Assembly: GCA_030141605.1 (NCBI GenBank)
Contig: JAQGDQ010001588.1
Coordinates: 1-33,588, forward strand
From: Tubiluchus corallicola
Lineage: Eukaryota > Animalia > Priapulida
DNA: 33,588 nucleotides
Direction of reading: 5' to 3'
The translations under genes and the position numbers were made by a program. Below are positions 11,755-24,595 of this stretch, piece after piece. Under the pieces are notes generated by a model, which was given only the letters and a program-made list of their open reading frames with translations, did not search any database and was not told the origin of the DNA. Each line of letters begins with the position of its first letter. Positions within the stretch are counted from its first letter, which is position 1.

Positions 11755-12845
11755 ATCTGACATGAAGTCAAGTGTTTGAACTTGTGTTCACTCTACTGTG
11801 AAACTAAATGCTTTCAATTGTGATTACTTTGACGTGAAACCAGATCTTGAACTCATGATTACTCTGATGTGAAACCAAATCTTGAACTCCTGATTACTTT
11901 GACGTGAAATCAGATCTTGAACTCGTGATTACTCTGATGTGAAACCAAATCTTGAACTCGTGATTACTTTGACGTGAAACCAGATCTTGAACTCGTGATT
12001 ACTTTGACGTGAGACCAGATCTTGAACTCGTGATTACTCTGATGTGAAACCAAATCTTGAACTCCTGATTACCTTGACGTGAAATCAAATTTTGAACTCG
12101 TGATTACTTTGATGTGTAACCAAATGCTTGTACTCGTGATTACTCTAACGTGAAACCAGATCTTGAACTCGTGATTACTTTGACGCGAAACCAAATCTTG
12201 AACTCGTGATTACTGTGATGTGTAAACAAATACTTGAACTCTTGATTACTCTGACGTGAAATAAATGCTTGTACTCGTGATTACTCTGACGTGAAACCAG
12301 ATCTTGAACTCGTGATTACTTTGACGTGAAACCAAATCTTGAACTCGTGATTACTCTGACGTGAAACTAAATGCTTGAACATTTGACTACTCTGAAGTGA
12401 AACCAAATGCTTGAGCACGCAATTACACCGATGTGAAATCTAGTGCTTAAACTTGTGATTACTTTGACATGAAACCAAATGTTTGAACTCATGATTACTC
12501 TGATGTGAAACCAAATTTTTGGTCGTTACTCTGACGTGAAATCAAATGCTCAAACTTGCGATTACTCTGGCGTAAAACCAGGTGCTTGAACTCGTGATTA
12601 TTCTGACATGTAACCAAATCTTAAACTCATGATTACTCTGAAGTGGAACCAAATGCTTGAACTCTTGACTACTCTGACATGAAACCAAATGCTTGAGCTC
12701 GTGATTACTTTGACGTGAAATCAAATGCTTGAATTCGTGATTACTCTGACGTGAAACTAAATGCTTGAACTCGTGATTACTCTGACATAAAACCAAATGC
12801 TTGAATTCGTGATTACTCTGATGTGAAGCCAAATTCTTGTATTTA
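11755..12845. repeat. 35/36-bp tandem minisatellite, ~30 copies (GTGAAACCAAAT(G)CTTGAACTCGTGATTACTCTGAC)
   Basis: Head-to-tail units with no spacers. The 12-aa periodicity of ORF 12542-12832 reflects the 36-bp unit. Confidence 0.95.
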
Positions 12846-13892
12846 TGATTAATTTAAAACCTAGAGGCAAATTTTCAACTAGGAAAGTACGTCTATTTAC
12901 CACATCACGTGACATACAACTTTTTAAATACGTTTAAATATGTAAAATATACATAAATATTTTTAAATATTTAGTTATGTATATTATGATCATTTAGTTA
13001 TGAGCTGACTATGGTCATGCTTAAACAATGTAATTTCATGTTGTTTTTGTGTTTATGACATTCAATCTCACATTGTTGGGTTTCTTTTCTTTCAGTAGAA
13101 ATATGTAGACAGTTTGACACGCGTACATTGTAATGTACAAAAACCAACCCATGTGGTAGCAAAAGTTGAGTTGTGAAACTTAAAATATTATTTTTACGTC
13201 ATCATGATGTCATAATGCATTTTGTACAAAACACGAAGTGTATTTTTCATTACGTGCAGTATTGTTCCCGTATATATCTTCAAGTTAACAATGCACAAAT
13301 CCAGCATTGTTTATACTACAGTATACCAAAATTAATAGTTATTTGATCAACATATTTCGGCAGATCAGCATATTTCTGCTCCACTGTTTTTTATGTATTT
13401 AAACGTAATAAACATGTATTTTATGTATATATGCATAAACTCCTGTATTATTATAACTCATGACTACATTAAATGTGTAATATCAGTAAAGTTTAGCTAA
13501 GAATCAGAGTGGTGTACAGTAGTAACTAGGAATATTTCTGCTGTACATGGCTCTGCCTCTGTGTGGTAAGCATGGAATGCTTGGAATCTCTGGAATGCAG
13601 AATAAACTAGCTAAATTCAGTTGAAGTAGAACTGCTGTTGTTTTGCGGTGACGTACACCAATTTATCAATACACACTGTTAATACAATAAGTTGCTTTTT
13701 GTCTGTAAAATTATCGTTGTTACTATCTTGCGTAGTTTCATCGCATACCAATTTGTTTGAAAATTGCATACCTTAAAGCATAAAAATACAATAATCACGA
13801 AAAAGCAAAGTATAAAAACGTAAATTTACAATTTACAGAAAAAATAAGTAGAGAAATTAGTTAAAATATTTACACAAAAGTACATTAAGACT

Positions 13893-14012
13893 GACTACGG
13901 CCAAATCACGTTGAAAACACCGGTTCTCGTCTGGTCACCGAAGTTAAGCAACGTAGAGCCTGGTTAGTACTTGGATGGGTGACCGCCTAGGAATACCAGG
14001 TGCTGTAGGCTT
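13893..14012 (+). pseudogene. 5S rRNA-like head of the SINE, not a stand-alone 5S gene
   Basis: GACTACGGCC...GAAGTTAAGCAACG...TGGATGGGTGACC...GCTGTAGGCTT. Boxes A and C intact, but no oligo-T terminator follows. Confidence 0.9.
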
Positions 14013-14442
14013 GCGGGTTGCCCACACTGTATCTCGACACTAGGCGGAGGAGCTGCACAAGCAGCCAACGGCTAGAGGGCGGAGGAGGTCAAGTGACCCA
14101 ACGGCCATGTGTAGAGGAGTAAACCTTCCAAATCAGGAGTGGAGCCCCGAAAGTGGACCAGTGCAGCTTGCTCACTGACTCCGGCAGCTCCTGAAGCCAA
14201 CCTGGTGCCAAACGTATCGCTCCGCTTTCCTTTGGACTACACCAGGGAGAAAGAGAGAGGGTTCCTGTTGTCTGGGCAACTCAGGATCTCCATACACCTT
14301 GCCCAGGCGTGCGCCCTGGAGACGTTCAAGGATCGCACTGCTTAGCCACAGTCGACGCTGCAGCTCCATCAATGTGATCAATAACTGACTCTGTTGGCTC
14401 ACACTCCATTGTCTTCCGAGACAGAAAGATGCCAACAACAAA
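13893..14442 (+). mobile_element. Full-length 5S rRNA-derived SINE (SINE3-type) with an RTE-derived 3' tail, copy 1
   Basis: 120-nt 5S head, GC-rich body with no TTTT, tail encoding SRIALLSHSRRC (14326-14361), (CAA)n end. Possible TSD ATTAAGACT (13884-13892) / ATTAAGATT (14443-14451). Second copy at 23292-23843. Confidence 0.9.
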
Positions 14443-15431
14443 ATTAAGATTACATTCCAATGGGCACAAATTCTGGTGCATATAAAGACATCAATATTGT
14501 ACATTACATGCTTTAATAAACCATTGTAAGAGTTTACTTCTAAAATTATACGCACATTTACGCAAACAACTAGGAACTGATTAATATTATTTTCTTCACA
14601 GATTGTAGAAGCTCAAGTACCATATCTATATTTGAAGAATTTTACCATAGCTGTGTAGGAAACAGACTTTAGGTGATTAAAGTTGCACAAGGAATATTTC
14701 AATACAATATAATCAATAATTTATTAAAAAATGGTCGTAAATTGTTCAGTTTTGACAATTTTTTGTGTCTTATTTTTATTAAATGTTTGCACAGGAAACG
14801 GTCAGTTCATCGTTTTGTATGAATTAGCGGGGCTTAAGAAACTTGAGCCTATTCAGTAAATGGATGGGAGAACATACGATTACTTTTTTGGGAGGGCGAT
14901 TCTATTTTCCACGATCCCCACGGCAGTTACCCTTGCTGAGGCAAGATGGATGCGCCTCCCAATGTGGAAAAAGCACCTCTGACAGTTTAGTGTGTGAACT
15001 CTAGAGGGCATTTTTGGTAATGTTGTAGATTTCGGTCTTGCCAAAAGCATTCGTAACTGCTGAGAATTGGATTCGACATTGCAGAATGCCGAGCTATGCA
15101 AAAGATAAACTTGTTGAGCTATTAGGGAACATCCGAAGCTACCTCGTGCAGCGTGTTTTATCTAGAGTGCAGAGTCGCAGTTCTAGGGCCATCTTGCAGC
15201 CATGGTGTTTAGGACCCTGTTCATAGGCCAAGCAATAACAGATATGTCGAGAACAAAAAGAAACTGTTTTTGGCTTTGCTTGTTTGCTCTTGAAATGTGG
15301 TATTTTAATGTGATTAGACTGAATGTTTTTGTATCAAGTTCTCATATTATTAGAAATTAGTATTATGTTGTTTCAATTGTATAGGAACGGCATGACAGTA
15401 GTTCCTGGCTAAAGATGAAATAAAAGCAAAG

Positions 15432-15585
<154 letters not shown>

Positions 15586-15999
15586 ACTAAATTAAGATAA
15601 ATGACAGCAAAATACTACGACTTAGTCTAGAACAATGTGATGACCTATAGGTGGCACCCATCGTGCCTTCTGGCATCTGAAAGCACAGGTTTTCAATACA
15701 GAGGACAGCTAAAAGCTGCAGTGATGAACCTAACATCAAATATTAGAAACCGCTACGACAATGTAAACTTTTCTGATTTAACCCACTTCTTTGAGCACAC
15801 TAATTATTATAAAATATTTTATGAAATTTTGCAACTTTTATGCTGATGTACCTTGTATGCATAACACTGTTTTTAATGCTATGACCTTGAGTAGGAAATG
15901 TACGTAAAGTGGCATTTGTACTAAGATCACTTATGTATCGATTGTGGCATTTACCTCGTTCCTCGTGTATATACATGTAACTTGTTTTAGTCAATAAAC

Positions 16000-16138
16000 T
16001 ACATACATACATACATACATACATACATACATACATACATACATACATACATACATACATACATACATACATACATACATACATACATACATACTTACAT
16101 ACATACATACATACATACATACTTACATACATACATAC

Positions 16139-16169
<31 letters not shown>

Positions 16170-16242
16170 CATACATACATACATACATACATACATACAT
16201 ACATACATACATACATACATACATACATACATACATACATAC
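16000..16242. repeat. (CATA)n microsatellite
   Basis: Read directly. Confidence 0.95.
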
Positions 16243-16782
16243 AAAGGGAAAGAGGAAAAATCCTGTAACGTCAAACAAAGATTTTCTTGCTAATCTGAAA
16301 ATAAACACAAGTCGAGTTTACACTAATCCATTTTTCTTTTCATGATATCAAAATATTCAATTTTATGTGATAGTGCACGTACTTGAATACTGTAGTAGTA
16401 CATGAGCTGCTGAACGTTGTCTTTTGATTTAAATTTTGCTTGCTAGAGGGCACTAGTTTGCAGGTTCGTAGAAAAAGCAGGGAGAACACAGGTGCTGTAC
16501 GCGTGTCAACTCGTATTATCGTACGGTTTTTGTGGAAGGTAAGTTTGCTACTACTGCTGCGTTCAGTAATCGAAGGAGCAGGAATTTTTGACTTTATTTT
16601 TGTGATATGCGCATGCGTGTTGACTGAATAATGTAAGAAAACTCGAGTAGTGCATTCCACTACAACCTGGAGATATTAGCTTAATATGGATGGATGGACG
16701 CGAATTTATTTGACGCTTCTTTTCTAGGCCTAGATTTCACGCAGAAATAATGAACTAATGAATGCAATTATAAATGTATAAT

Positions 16783-17074
16783 GGCGCGTTCACACTAGCG
16801 AGTTTTCTCGCCAAGTAACTCGCCAGAGTATTCACACTAGAGACCAACATTTGCTGCCAGTTTCTATCCGACAGTAAGCGCGAGCTCACACTCACTTTTA
16901 TATTTGCTGCCAGAAGTGTCGAGAGTAAATCACGATGGCGTTTACACTTAGACAGTAACTTAACTCGCATCAGCTGTCGGAGAGTTTGCAATTTCTTGCC
17001 GACAGTAACTCGAAAAGCAGTTCACGCTTGAGAGTTTCCTACCCGGGAAAAAAACTCGGTAACCTGAACGCACC
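16783..17074. mobile_element. PIF/Harbinger-like MITE
   Basis: Left GGCGCGTTCACACTAGCGAGTTTT versus reverse complement of right end GGTGCGTTCAGGTTACCGAGTTTT. TAA and TGA lie one base outside the ends. Internal TTCACACT-like subrepeats. Confidence 0.6.
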
Positions 17075-17119
17075 GTGAGCAGTTTGTCGCAGACAATGTG
17101 CACTTATTTTCATTGCAAA

Positions 17120-17473
17120 ACAACAACTACAACAATATAATTAACAACAACAACAGCCATATTAACAACAACAACAATATTAACAACAACAACAACAACA
17201 ACAGCAACAACAACAACAACTTGATGTTTCGCCAAGTCTCCCAGCATAATAGCATTAGTTCTTTATTTCTTTTCTATCTTTGTTTTTCTTTTCTCCTTTT
17301 TATTTGTTTAATTTGTTAATTTCCTTCTCTTCTTTGTTTCTCTATCTGTCTGTCTCTCTCTCTCTCTATCTCTGTCTGTCTGTCTGTCTCTCTGTCTCTC
17401 TCTCTCTCTTATTGTCTCTCTCTTTCTTTTCCGTCTGTCTCCCTGTCTCTCTCTCTCTCTCCTCTCTCTCTCT

Positions 17474-17528
<55 letters not shown>

Positions 17529-17585
17529 GACTGTCTCTCTCTCTGTTTGTCTCTCCCTCGCTCCTCTCTTGTTTCTCTCTCTTCT

Positions 17586-17638
<53 letters not shown>
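17120..17638. repeat. (CAA)n (17120-17220) and (CT)n (17325-17638) microsatellites
   Basis: Read directly. Confidence 0.92.
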
Positions 17639-17641
<3 letters not shown>

Positions 17642-18514
17642 TATTATATATTTATTGACAAAGGTCTAACCGGTCCCAAAGGCCCTTATTTGCATGAACC
17701 ATCATTACACCCACTAAGTAACTAACTGTCACGGGGCAGTGATGCCCGGGGTTCTGACGGGCTGCCGCGCCATTTTGATTTAGCTCGCGGGGGGACGACG
17801 ACGCTCTTTCAACATCTAATAACTTACCGTGTTTGCTGTGAAGACTTCTGTCGTCGTACAAAACAAATTTACTATGCAGAACAAGCAGTTGCTTTAGTAC
17901 CATGAAATGTTATGAAATGAGTTCATATTGGCAGGAACTTTGGAATTTAGTGCTGAGACGTAAGTAGCAAAGAGTTGCAGCGTTAATGTCATTAAAATGA
18001 TAAAAAAATTACAATTTAGTAACTGACGAACAAATACAAAAATCAATTAGCTAACTCAGTCGAAATTCATTCTGTTATGTTTAAAATATTATGTAAAATA
18101 TTACGCTTAATTACATATGTAAAAATAAATGTAAATATTTAACTTTCTTTGCAAATTTGTAATTTATACATATTTAAAAATAAATGTACATATTTAAATT
18201 TCTTTATAAATTTCTATATTATATATAATCTTAAATTTATTTGTATTTTTAATTGCGTGTAAAAGTTTCGAAATTGTAAATGTTAAATATTTTTTATTTA
18301 ATAACATAGCTTCATCAATGTACTTAATCATGTATAATTTACTAGCATTTTAACACTAATGCAAAACATCAGTCCAGTGACTGTACAATTATGTATTGTG
18401 ATTCTATTACTGTACATTTTTTGTATTTTTATAACAATAAATTAATAAAGTAATGTAAGCTATCAGGAAGAAACTAGTGGGATAGAAAAGCAGAAAAAAG
18501 TCAGCCGAAGTAGA

Positions 18515-18558
18515 CAACCAGGCGTCGAACCCATGACCTTTGGTTTGCTAGCAGTGCC
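18515..18558 (-). mobile_element. Possible tRNA-derived SINE head fragment
   Basis: Minus strand reads GCTAGCAAACCAAAGGTCATGGGTTCGACGCCTGG, a B-box/T-arm-like motif. No complete cloverleaf. Confidence 0.35.
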
Positions 18559-18992
18559 TGACGTTGGCAAGTGAAGGCTGAAGCCTATAAGGCCTCAAGG
18601 ACAAGCTAGCTAAATTAAGCTACTCAGTGTAGAAAAATTAGAAGTTGTAATTAGTGTCATAGGGTGAAGCCAGCAAAAAATGAGATTAATGAAGTTTTCC
18701 AAAATTCTTTTTAAACTGCCAGTACAAGCAGAAGAAGTCACCACATTTTTGTCACCTGTGTTCTGTTTTATAGACCTTTTCATCTTTGTTTCACTTGCCA
18801 ACAGTTAATAAAGTGCTATGACGTAAGCAGAACTGAAAAAGACAGAAACCGATTTTTTGTTTTACCTTTGCCTCAGGTAGCAGGAACCTTGTAATTAAAG
18901 TTAATTGAGTCATTTAAATTGCTTTTTGGCTTCTTTACGTCAAACGAAATGCGTATAGTCAAGGATAGAGACGTCTGAGTTGGCGAATGTCA

Positions 18993-19321
<329 letters not shown>

Positions 19322-20849
19322 CAGGACAGAAAGGTACAGAAATGACCACTGCACAATATAGTACCTACATCAACGAGAGGCAGTATGACTTGTAATCACT
19401 CAAAATGAGCTTTTACGACGGTCACCCATCCATTTCACACAATAATGATTTACTGAACTGCAATTCCCTATGCACAGTGAATCTCTGGACACAGTGGCAT
19501 CACCCACTAGTGTTTTAGCAACTTAGTACTGCTATTAACAACAGGAGTTTAGTCCTAGACAATATTTTGTTTTATTTCTGTTTTTCCGACTTTCCATCAG
19601 GCTGCTAATAATCACGGTAAAACTGTAGCTTCTACCTGGTTTACCTGTAACCTCCGCGTAGGTCGAAAACACCTGAAACTGAAACTGGTAATTTACCTGT
19701 AATTAATTACATTTGCCAGTATCATTTTACCTGGCAACACCTATCAATGCCATGCCATTTTGTAATAATTATAAGCAGCAGCAGTGTCATCTGGCGGTCA
19801 AAATGCTAATTGCGTGGGAAACATAATAAGGTTATTGAACAATACTCAACGCTTTAATAATGAACAATATGCAATAGTATAAGGACGGTGTCATTGTACG
19901 ACAATTGTGGCAGTAGTGTGGCTTCTGTACAGGTTGCCTCAAAAGTCAGTATACGTTTGATTTCTATTTTTTATTTAAAAGGAAGGACAAACCTTTCAGG
20001 AGGTTAGGTTGAAAACTTCAATCCTTTTATTAGTAAGTAAGAACCGCTTTAGTTCATTTTATAGGCTGCCAGGAGTTTGCTTAAACGAGGGAGTGAGGGT
20101 TCAAAAATTGTTCAACTTTTCAAAGAGAGGACAAGCCTTTTAGATGCTTAGGCTTATTTCAATGATCGCGAAAAATGTTAGAAGGATTTAGTAATAAAAC
20201 TGCATTATGCGCCTCGTGTAACTAGTAAAATCACTTTAAAGTCGCGATCATTTTAAGCTTTGGACGCTCCCATGTTTAATGCCCATTCTTCTTCCAATGA
20301 CGTCATTCGTCTTGAAGAAAAGTAGTCAATCTTCACAAAAGAGTGATAAGTTTGTAAAAAAAAAACATTATATAGCTGGTTTTGCAATATTTTTGCGTGA
20401 AGATAAGGTAAGCTGCAGACATTTGAATTAGTTTAAGCAGTGGGCGCTTACGGAAAGTCACGATGCGCTTACGAAAAGTCACGAAGTTTTTTACTTACAT
20501 TCTGACTTCCAAGTGAATGGCGGCAACCGCCACGCCTGAAAATTTCTATTCAAAAGTAGTTTATTTTAAATTTGTGCTTTATAGAAAGTTTTTCTGTAAA
20601 TTTCTTTGTTATATTTTTCTAAGTTTAAGTGATAACAGTAAAATAAACCCAACATACCGAGTAACTTGTTCTTTCCTTTATTTTGAAATAATTATTAATT
20701 ACAGATTTGATTTGATTTAATATTTTATTTCAAACTTCACAAAGTTCATATACGCATCACAAATTAATACAAATAATACAATAAATCATGAAACACAACA
20801 ATAACACAAATAACCATTAACGATATTACAAACTACGCCAATGACGTCT

Positions 20850-21395
20850 AATTACAGAAGTAAAGTTTGCATCACTGTTTAAAATGTTCTTGCATATAAA
20901 ATTTTTACTCTTATTCAGCCTGATGTATAAACTGTATGCACATTTTCTGTGAATCTCATCAAAAAAATATTAAGTCTAGTAGAAATATATCTGGCGCTCG
21001 TATCATATGAAAAGTTAAACAGCTTCCGTGTTGATACCTTATATGCAACCTTGAGTTTGCTAAGATTGAAAGAATAAAAATGTCTCCAAGTGGACATACA
21101 ATAAAAAGTAGTGCAGTAAGCATTAAACAATTGTCTCTCCAGGTTAACTGAACAGTGAGAAAATTTCATGAGTAAATTATTTGCTCTACCATAGTAAACT
21201 AAACATTGTCGTAATATATCTAAATCATCTCTATTGTCTTCTGATAAAATATGATCCAGATATTTTTCCTTTTTACCAGGTACAAAACTTTTACACTGCA
21301 AAACAACAGACCCAAAAGTAAACTGCTGCATGTGGGCAGAGCGAAACGTGACAAGTTTAGTCTTATTCACATTTACAAGGATATCATATTCTACA
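20850..21395 (-). mobile_element. Decayed non-LTR retrotransposon C-terminal fragment (RTE-X-like)
   Basis: YDILVNVNKTK...KYLDHILSEDNRDDLDILRQCLVYYGRANNLLMKFSHCS...LFNAYCTTFYCMSTW...KLKVAY matches the recalled pattern KYLGH..DD.DI.RQ...Y...N.L.RKF..CS..LF..YC..FY. Clade name is less certain than LINE origin. Confidence 0.8.
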
Positions 21396-21730
21396 GAAAA
21401 ACTGAAGAAAGAGACAATTGAATGAATGAGTGAGTGAATGGGTTTACATTTTGATTGAAAGAGAAATCTGGATCAAAACTGCTCGGAATTTAATTAATGA
21501 AAAATAACACAGTACTATAGAAAGCAAAGGTTATAAAATCGATGCCAACACACAACAAGCACTTATAAAATCGATGCCAACACACAACAAACACTTATGG
21601 TTACGCTGCTAATATAATCACAGAAGTGATAAGTTATACAATGATTCGCGTGGCGCGATATTCAATTGGTTGAAAAAATTTTTTGTTGCCACCTAGTTGT
21701 ACAAGCAACTCGGTGGCTTAAACAATTTTT
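21391..21730 (+). repeat. Diverged dispersed repeat, copy 1, with a (TGAG/TGAA)n tract and a terminal hairpin
   Basis: Colinear with 22595-22884. Hairpin GCCACCTAGTTG...CAACTCGGTGGC at 21688-21717. Internal tandem duplication at ~21531-21597. Confidence 0.75.
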
Positions 21731-22016
21731 AGATAAGATGACGTTGTTCTATTGTAATTGAATGTCATTCGATCTCGTGATTTTACTATCGCTGTCATAG
21801 TGACTGTTGTATTTCAGTAAATCAGTATTACTACGACTTGCAATAATAAATATTTCGTTGACCACAGTGACAAAGCAAGTGTGCGTTAGCAAGCACTGTC
21901 AAAACTTGTGATCAAATCATGAAAGAAAGAGAGATTATTTAATATTATTTTTATAAATCTGTCTATTAAACAATAAACATATTGTTTCCCCTTTATATGA
22001 AGGAAAGAAAGAAACT

Positions 22017-22560
<544 letters not shown>

Positions 22561-22594
22561 TTTGTTCTTTCCTTTAACTTGAACTAATCATTAA

Positions 22595-22884
22595 CTACAG
22601 AAAAAGTGAAGAAAGAGACGACTGAATGAATGAGTGAGTGAGTGAGTGAATGTGTTTACATTTTGAGGTTTACATTTCCGCTGCTCGAAAATTAATTAAT
22701 GGACAAAAACCCAGAACTATAGCAAACAAAACTTACAAAAATTAATGCCAACACACAACATACACTTACGGGAACTCCGTCTATATAGAGGCAGCACGAA
22801 AAACATATTCATATACATGAACTATCGTCAAAGTTTTTGATTACTACCTAGTTATACAAACGACTCGGTGGTTTAAACAATTTT
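22595..22884 (+). repeat. Diverged dispersed repeat, copy 2
   Basis: CTACAGAAAAA.TGAAGAAAGAGAC...ATGCCAACACACAACA...ACCTAGTT.TACAA...ACTCGGTGG.TTAAACAATTTT is shared with 21391-21730. Confidence 0.75.
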
Positions 22885-23291
22885 AAAGTTAATATAGATT
22901 TTATCGTGTCAAAATAAAATGACTTCATTTTACGCATCTAAACAGTTGAACTTATTGCTGAGCCTGAAGTTGCAAGCAAAACAGGATGATTTTTCATACA
23001 AAATCTAATTTTCAAGTCCGACAAAAAGTATTTATTTTAATTACAATTAATACTGCAAAAGTGTTTCTGATAATTAAATAATAGATGGCAAGCCCAAATG
23101 TTGATGACATCACAAACTAACAGAATTTTCAACAGCAAAACCATTCAAATCACAATTTCTCGTCTAGTCCAGCTTCACCTGCCAGTCTCATTTGTTAAGT
23201 GGTGATTTCTTCCTCTGAATCTTGAAATGATTGTCCTTTAATGTTCGGTAAGAATGCTGTTATCATAAAGTCAGGAGGGTTTGTGCTACAA

Positions 23292-23843
23292 TTTTGTTGT
23301 TGTTGGCTTCCTTCTGTCTCGGAAGACAATGGAGTGTGCGCCAAGAGAGTCAGTTATTGATCACATTGATGGAGCTGCAGCGTAGACTGTGGCTGAGCAA
23401 TCCGATCCTTGAACCACTGGAGTGGCTTCTCCAGGGCGCACGCCTGGGCAAGGTGTATGGAGATCCTGAGTTGCCCAGACAACAGGAACCCCCTCTCATC
23501 CTCGCTGGAGTAGTCCAACGGAAAGCGGAGCGATACGTTTGGCACCAGGTTGGCTGCAGGAGCTGACGGAGTCAGTGAGCATGCTGCACTGGTCCGCCTT
23601 CGGGGCTCCACTCCTGATTTGGAAGGTTTGCTCCTCTACACGTGGCCGTTGGGTCACTTGATCTCCTCCACCCTCTATCGGTTGGCTGCTTGTGCAGCTC
23701 CTCTGCCTAGTGTCGAGTTACAGTGTGTGCATTTCGCAAGCCTACAGCACCTGGTATTCCTAGGTCACCCATCCAAGTACTAACCAGGCTCTACGTTGCT
23801 TACCTTCGGTGATCAGATGAGAACCGGTGTTTTCAACGTGATT
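23292..23843 (-). mobile_element. 5S rRNA-derived SINE with RTE tail, copy 2 (first ~10 nt of 5S missing)
   Basis: Reverse complement of copy 1 along its length; about 24 mismatches in ~310 body nt by hand count. Tail encodes SRIGLLSHSLRC (23412-23377). (CAA)n end. Confidence 0.9.
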
Positions 23844-24050
23844 ATCTATATGTTTATTATCAAAATAAGTCTTCATTTTTGCTACTATAACACGTATCAT
23901 ATAACATCTAATATGACATAATATCATATATAATTGACATATATCTCATACATATGAAACATTACTATATATGTTTCATTTCATGCATTTTCTGAACAAA
24001 ATTATTAAACAGTTAAACCTTCGTCTAAAATACTTGCTAGTTGCTTATAG

Positions 24051-24595
24051 CATGTATGTATGTATGTATGTATGTATGTATGTATGTATGTATGGATGGA
24101 TGGATTGATGAATGCATGGATGGATGGATGGATGGATGGATGGATGGATGGATGGATGGATGGATGGATGGATGGATGGATGGATGGATTGATGGATGGA
24201 TGGATGGATGGATGGATGGATGGATGGATGGATGGTTGCATGTATGTATGTATGTATGTATGTATGTATGTATGTATGTATGTATGTATGTATGTATGTA
24301 TGTATGTATGTATGTATGTATGTATGTATGTATGGATGGATGGATTGATGAATGCATGGATGAATGGATGGATGGATGGATGGATGGATGGATGGATGGA
24401 TGGATGGATGGATGGATTGATGGATGGATGGTTGCATGTATGTATGTATGTATGTATGTATGTATGTATGTATGTATGTATGTATGTATGTATGTATGTA
24501 TGTATGGATGGATGGATGGAATGATGAATGCATGGATGAATGGATTGATGAATGCATGGATGAATGGATGGATGGATGGATGGACGAATGAGTGA
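24051..24595. repeat. Compound (GTAT)n/(GGAT)n microsatellite with a threefold higher-order repeat
   Basis: Block [GCAT(GTAT)n(GGAT)n TGATGAATGCAT(GGAT)n] recurs at ~24051, ~24238 and ~24434. Confidence 0.92.

Noticed and set aside
11755-12845. 35/36-bp repeats (with GTGAAAC) as CRISPR, or ORF 12542-12832 as a repeat protein
   Set aside because: No spacers. Mixed 35- and 36-bp units break the frame, so the ORF is incidental.
13893-14012. Functional 5S rRNA gene
   Set aside because: No oligo-T terminator, not in a tandem array, and joined to the same body and tail in two dispersed copies.
14139-14555. ORFs 14139-14345 and 14172-14555, and their counterparts at 23294-23783, as duplicated genes
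   Set aside because: They are translations of the SINE. Starts are non-ATG, stops differ between copies, and no domain is recognisable.
14900-15062. Kinase-like words FHDPHGS and VVDFGLAK
   Set aside because: They are in different frames, each is quickly followed by a stop, and there are no other kinase motifs or clear splice sites. Treated as chance; BLASTX would settle it.
17660-17830. GC-rich patch with ATTTGCAT, CGCCATTTT and TGTCACG, as a promoter or LTR start
   Set aside because: No partner LTR, primer-binding site or adjacent gene is visible. Short motifs alone are not enough.
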